64,000 nucleotides of DNA from a bacterium (GTDB lineage Bacteria > Hinthialibacterota > Hinthialibacteria > Hinthialibacterales > Hinthialibacteraceae). A program made the translations under genes and the position numbers. This document shows, piece after piece, positions 59,870 through 64,000 of the stretch. The notes under the pieces are model-generated. The model saw only the letters and a list, made by a program, of their open reading frames with translations, did not search any database and was not told the origin of the DNA. Location: positions 1,248,001 to 1,312,000 of the forward strand of contig CAXXMV010000006.1 of assembly GCA_963662285.2 (NCBI GenBank). The letters are read 5' to 3'. Numbering within the stretch: the stretch's first letter is position 1; each line of letters starts with the position of its first letter.

Positions 59870-61576
59870 ATGAGTGACATTAATGGAATTAGATCGCTTT
59901 GGAAATTAGAAGATTACTGGGCAATATGGCTGGGATTTGCTTTACTGATTTTTGGTTTGGCTACTTTTCTGCTTAATCCTCCAGAAGGAATGAGTGAAAA
60001 ACTTGAAGCCGCCAATGCCATTATGGAGAAGGAAAGCGCAGCGCCCTTCAAAACAATAGCCTGGAATAATGCTAATGATTCCAAAAAGAAGATAAAAGCT
60101 ACCGATGAGGGCTATGCGAAGAAGATGCAGAAATGGTTGAGCATGCCTCATAGTTGGAAAACCAATCCGGTCGATGCGTTCATTTTCAGCGAGGAACAAG
60201 CGGCGGCCAAGAAAGTCCCTGCGGTTAAGAAATATGAAGCAGCCCAAGTAAAAACCAAAGAAATGCTGACTTTAGCGCAGAGTAGTGAAACCGCAGCCAG
60301 AGAAGCGCAATTCAAAGATGAGGCTTTGAATGAAAAAGCCAATACCGACATCCTGGCCTGGCGTCAAGCCAAAAATATAGAATCAGCTGCCAAAAAGAAA
60401 ACCTCAGTATCATCATATAACCAAATTATCTACCTGGTCGGTCTATGCATTGGGATGGCGATATTCTTCAGTATCGGCATTGCATTCATGGGCGACTCTC
60501 CATCAAAATTTATAGCGGCTTTTCCCGTTGTTTTTATCCTTGCGGTTGCGGCTTATATGTTGGCGTCGCAAGTCACCATGAAGGAATACGGCATCGGATA
60601 CGCTGCGTGGGCTATTATATTCGGTTTGATTATCAGCAATACCATAGGAACGCCCAAGTGGATCATGCACGCCGTTCAGACCGAATATTTTATTAAAACC
60701 GGATTGGTTATGTTGGGCGCCGAGATATTATTCGGCAAGATTCTGGCTATTGGTTTACCGGGGATTTTCGTAGCCTGGGTGGTTACTCCTATAGTGTTAG
60801 TCTTAACATATTTATTCGGTCAAAAAGTGCTGAAGATTGAATCTAAAACTTTGAATATCACAATTTCAGCGGATATGTCCGTCTGTGGAGTTTCCGCCGC
60901 CATAGCAACAGCCGCCGCTTGTAAAGCAAAGAAGGAAGAACTTACTTTAGCGGTTGGCATGTCATTGGTATTTACATCAATCATGATGATTCTTATGCCT
61001 AATTTTATTAAATTTGTGAACATGGATCATGTTCTGGGCGGGGCCTGGATGGGCGGCACAATTGATGCAACCGGCGCGGTTGCGGCGGCGGGAGCGTTTC
61101 TAAGCGACCGGGCGTTATATGTTGCGGCAACCATTAAGATGATCCAGAATGTATTGATTGGCGTGATTGCTTTCTGCGTTGCGGTATATTGGTGCGCCAA
61201 GGTTGATAAAGTGGAAGGCGAAAGAGTTAGTATTATGGAAATCTGGTACCGCTTTCCAAAATTCGTCATCGGCTTCATCGGAGCATCAATCATTTTCTCT
61301 TTAATCTACCAGTCTTTAGGTTCAGACGCCGGTTATGCATTGATCGATAATGGCGTGTTAAGAGGATTTACCAAGATATTCCGAGGTTGGTTCTTCTGTT
61401 TTGCATTTGTAAGTATTGGTTTGGCGACAAATTTCAAGGAACTGAAAAAATATTTTGTTGGCGGGAAACCTTTGATTCTCTATATTTGCGGTCAAACGCT
61501 TAATTTGATACTTACTTTAGTCATGGCTTACATTATGTTCTATCTGGTATTTCCAGAGATTACGGCGAAAATTTAA
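59870..61576 (+). CDS. YeiH / putative sulfate exporter family transporter with a large helical loop
   Basis: EDYWAIW, IKTGLVMLG, SVCGVSAAIA, GGTIDATGAV and FPKFVIGF motifs. Confidence 0.88.
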   Translation: MSDINGIRSLWKLEDYWAIWLGFALLIFGLATFLLNPPEGMSEKLEAANAIMEKESAAPFKTIAWNNANDSKKKIKATDEGYAKKMQKWLSMPHSWKTNPVDAFIFSEEQAAAKKVPAVKKYEAAQVKTKEMLTLAQSSETAAREAQFKDEALNEKANTDILAWRQAKNIESAAKKKTSVSSYNQIIYLVGLCIGMAIFFSIGIAFMGDSPSKFIAAFPVVFILAVAAYMLASQVTMKEYGIGYAAWAIIFGLIISNTIGTPKWIMHAVQTEYFIKTGLVMLGAEILFGKILAIGLPGIFVAWVVTPIVLVLTYLFGQKVLKIESKTLNITISADMSVCGVSAAIATAAACKAKKEELTLAVGMSLVFTSIMMILMPNFIKFVNMDHVLGGAWMGGTIDATGAVAAAGAFLSDRALYVAATIKMIQNVLIGVIAFCVAVYWCAKVDKVEGERVSIMEIWYRFPKFVIGFIGASIIFSLIYQSLGSDAGYALIDNGVLRGFTKIFRGWFFCFAFVSIGLATNFKELKKYFVGGKPLILYICGQTLNLILTLVMAYIMFYLVFPEITAKI

Positions 61577-61872
61577 TGGAACATACTAATACTGATACGG
61601 ATATTAATCAGTCGATTATACGCCTCCCCATCGAGCAAGAAAATCCCGTAAAAAGAGATTTTTTATGGCGATGGGGAGCGTTAATATTTTCACTACTAAT
61701 TATATGGCTGTTTGTATTTCAAATTGCGCCTGCAATGCAAGAAATAGAATGTATTGCGGATGTACATGAAGCAATAAGGGATTATGACATTGAAGCAACT
61801 GGATTGATTTACACCGAAGTGGAATTATTCGGTGAAGCGGATGTACATATCCGTGATGCCATGAAATACTAA
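61576..61872 (+). CDS. Small single-TM protein translationally coupled to the YeiH transporter
   Basis: TAATG overlap; one TM; IEATGLIYTEVE tail. Confidence 0.65.
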   Translation: MEHTNTDTDINQSIIRLPIEQENPVKRDFLWRWGALIFSLLIIWLFVFQIAPAMQEIECIADVHEAIRDYDIEATGLIYTEVELFGEADVHIRDAMKY

Positions 61873-61880
61873 ACATCAAT

Positions 61881-62642
61881 TCAAAGATGAGATTTAACTA
61901 GTCCAACAATTATGTTGGCGGCCGCAATTAGTATGATTACGGCGAATACTTTGCGCAGCAGGGCGGGGGATGCTTTGGAGGAACCGAATTTTGAGCCCAG
62001 GAATCCTCCTATCAAAACAGCTGCTCCAAGAGCGAAAGAAGCGTTTATATTGATTGCGCCCTGGGTTAAACTATGAGTAATCAGGGCTGCAATTGAACAT
62101 AATAAAATATAACAACTTGTTAGTGCGGCGCAATTTTTTATACTGATCCATCCAAAACTAATTAAAATTGGCCCTAATATGATTCCTCCTCCGATGCCGA
62201 CCAAACCAGATAATATTCCTATCAATAGTGATACGCCAAATGAAACTATAAAAGAAGGAGTTTTTTGAACTGCTATATTTTCATGGGTGGATTTATCCGT
62301 TTGGGTAATCATACGAATACTGGCGGCGAGAAGAGTTATTGCCAGAAGAATTTTGAAGATTGGAGTGGATATCATAATTGCTGCGCCAATGATGGCGCCG
62401 GTAATTCCTCCTGATAAATAGGGCAGGGATGTTTTGAAAGCAAAATGACCTTTGGAATAATAGTTCCAGAATGTGATGATGCTGCAAATTATATTCAGTT
62501 CCCAGGCTATAGGACGTAAAACAAGAGGATCAATTTGCCAAAACGAAAGAATAGCAAGATAGGCGGTTCCTCCCCCAAGCCCGACAGAAGAGTAAGCCAT
62601 GGCGGTTAATAAGAGAATTATAAAGATGAATGTATTTTCCAT
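61881..62642 (-). CDS. TauE/SafE (TSUP) sulfite exporter family protein
   Basis: YSSVGLGGG and SGLVGIGGGI.LGP repeats; about 8 TM. Start trimmed to MENTF. Confidence 0.88.
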   Translation of the reverse strand: MENTFIFIILLLTAMAYSSVGLGGGTAYLAILSFWQIDPLVLRPIAWELNIICSIITFWNYYSKGHFAFKTSLPYLSGGITGAIIGAAIMISTPIFKILLAITLLAASIRMITQTDKSTHENIAVQKTPSFIVSFGVSLLIGILSGLVGIGGGIILGPILISFGWISIKNCAALTSCYILLCSIAALITHSLTQGAININASFALGAAVLIGGFLGSKFGSSKASPALLRKVFAVIILIAAANIIVGLVKSHL

Positions 62643-62679
62643 AGATAAATAATCTACAACATATTTTAGAGATAAGCAA

Positions 62680-64000
62680 ATGGATAAACCAAACAGAATC
62701 ATAATCATCGGAGGAGTAGCTTGCGGTCCGAAAGCGGCGGCAAGAGCGCGTCGGCGTGATCCAAATGCAGAAATAATACTGGTAGATCGAGGAGAATATC
62801 TATCATACGCTGGCTGCGGATTGCCATACTATGTTGGCGGCTCAGTTGCAGAGATAGAGAACCTGCAAAAAACCTCTTTCAATCTGATTCGTGACGCCGA
62901 TTATTTCAAGAATGTTAAAAATATTGATGCAAGAATACGTACAAATGCAGAGCAGCTGGATCGCGAAGCTAAAAGTATTGTATTGAGAAATCTGGATACA
63001 GGTGAGACGGAACAAGTGCAATATGACAAACTTGTTTTGGCGACCGGTTCGTCTTCAGTTGTTCCTCCCATATCTGGAATTGATAAAAATGGCGTTTTTG
63101 TTTTACAGAATATGCACGATGCGCTTGAGATAAGAAAACGCATCGATGCAGGAGAAGTCGATCATGTAGTCGTGATTGGCGCGGGACTTATTGGTATTGA
63201 GATAGTGGAATCATTCTTCAACCACGCAGTTGATGTTGTTGTGGTGGAGAAGGAGAAGCAAATCCTGCCATCCATTCTTGATGCTGAAATAGCGCAATAC
63301 GTTCAGAAAGAACTTTCACGCGATGGCGTGGAGTTTGTAACGGATCAAACAGTTCTCGCCATTGAAGGAAAAGGAAAAGTCGAAAAGGTTATTGTAAAAG
63401 GCCGGGAAATTGCTACTGATATGGTAATTGTTTCTGCGGGAGTGCGCCCCAATACCAAATTAGCCCGCCAAGCCGGATTGGATATTGGTAAAACCGGCGC
63501 GATATGGGTAAACGAATACTTACAAACCAGTGATCCAGATATATACGCCGGCGGCGATTGCGTTGAATGCCAGGATTTAGTAAGCGGCGATAAGATATTT
63601 ACTCCTATGGGGACAATTGCAAACCGTCATGGAAGAATCATCGGTAATAATGTAACTGGAGATAATGAGGCTTTTCCAGGAATTGTGGGTACCGTAATCG
63701 TAAAAGCGCTCAATGTAAATATTGCGAAAACAGGACTTACGGAAGATTCTGCCAGGAAAAAAGGCATGGATGTGGAAACATCAATAACTCCATGTCAGAA
63801 TCATGTTCATTTTTATCCGGGGAATAAATTTTTCCTGATAAAAATGACGGCGGATCGTGAAAGCGGACGTTTTTTAGGTGCGCAATTGGTAGGACCGGGC
63901 GATATTGATAAACGGGTAGACGTGTTGGCGACGGCAATCCAGTTTGGAGCAACATTGCAACAAACGGCAAACCTGGATTTGTGCTATTCACCTCCATTTT
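62680..64000 (+). CDS. CoA-disulfide/persulfide reductase family flavoprotein, 3' end outside window, absent from the ORF track
   Basis: Manual translation: MDKPNRIIIIGGVACGPKAAARARR..SYAGCGLPYY..YDKLVLATG..VIGAGLIGIE..IYAGGDC..LDLCYSPPF. The frame is open to the window end. Confidence 0.9.
   Translation, partial: MDKPNRIIIIGGVACGPKAAARARRRDPNAEIILVDRGEYLSYAGCGLPYYVGGSVAEIENLQKTSFNLIRDADYFKNVKNIDARIRTNAEQLDREAKSIVLRNLDTGETEQVQYDKLVLATGSSSVVPPISGIDKNGVFVLQNMHDALEIRKRIDAGEVDHVVVIGAGLIGIEIVESFFNHAVDVVVVEKEKQILPSILDAEIAQYVQKELSRDGVEFVTDQTVLAIEGKGKVEKVIVKGREIATDMVIVSAGVRPNTKLARQAGLDIGKTGAIWVNEYLQTSDPDIYAGGDCVECQDLVSGDKIFTPMGTIANRHGRIIGNNVTGDNEAFPGIVGTVIVKALNVNIAKTGLTEDSARKKGMDVETSITPCQNHVHFYPGNKFFLIKMTADRESGRFLGAQLVGPGDIDKRVDVLATAIQFGATLQQTANLDLCYSPPF

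Overview
Bacterial chromosomal window, roughly 40-45% GC by eye. Bases 1-48 kb read as an anaerobic or marine glycan degrader with a planctomycete/PVC-style gene repertoire: PQQ-type propellers, GHL6, GH38, DUF1080, DUF362, Tat-exported TIM-barrel epimerases, ASPIC/UnbV and a PT-linker FGE-sulfatase protein. A Hinthialibacterota/Omnitrophota-like host is my inference, not shown. Housekeeping genes include holB, nagB, a malic enzyme and tRNA-Leu(TAG). Main points of interest: (1) a dissimilatory sulfur island at 48980-64000 (sat, aprBA, two uncharacterised Cys proteins, qmoABC, YeiH plus a small partner, TauE/SafE, CoA-disulfide/persulfide reductase), in which Sat looks sulfur-oxidiser-like while AprBA look Desulfotomaculum/Syntrophobacter-like, with no dsr genes in the window; (2) an AT-rich YtrA-type GntR/ABC operon carrying a tandem array of diverged permease + PEGA/HEAT-protein cassettes that ends against the tRNA; (3) several dispersed REP-like palindrome families, one lacking the GTAG foot, some bracketing orphan genes such as a zincin with Glu replaced by Ala. 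No CRISPR array, integrase or transposase was seen.
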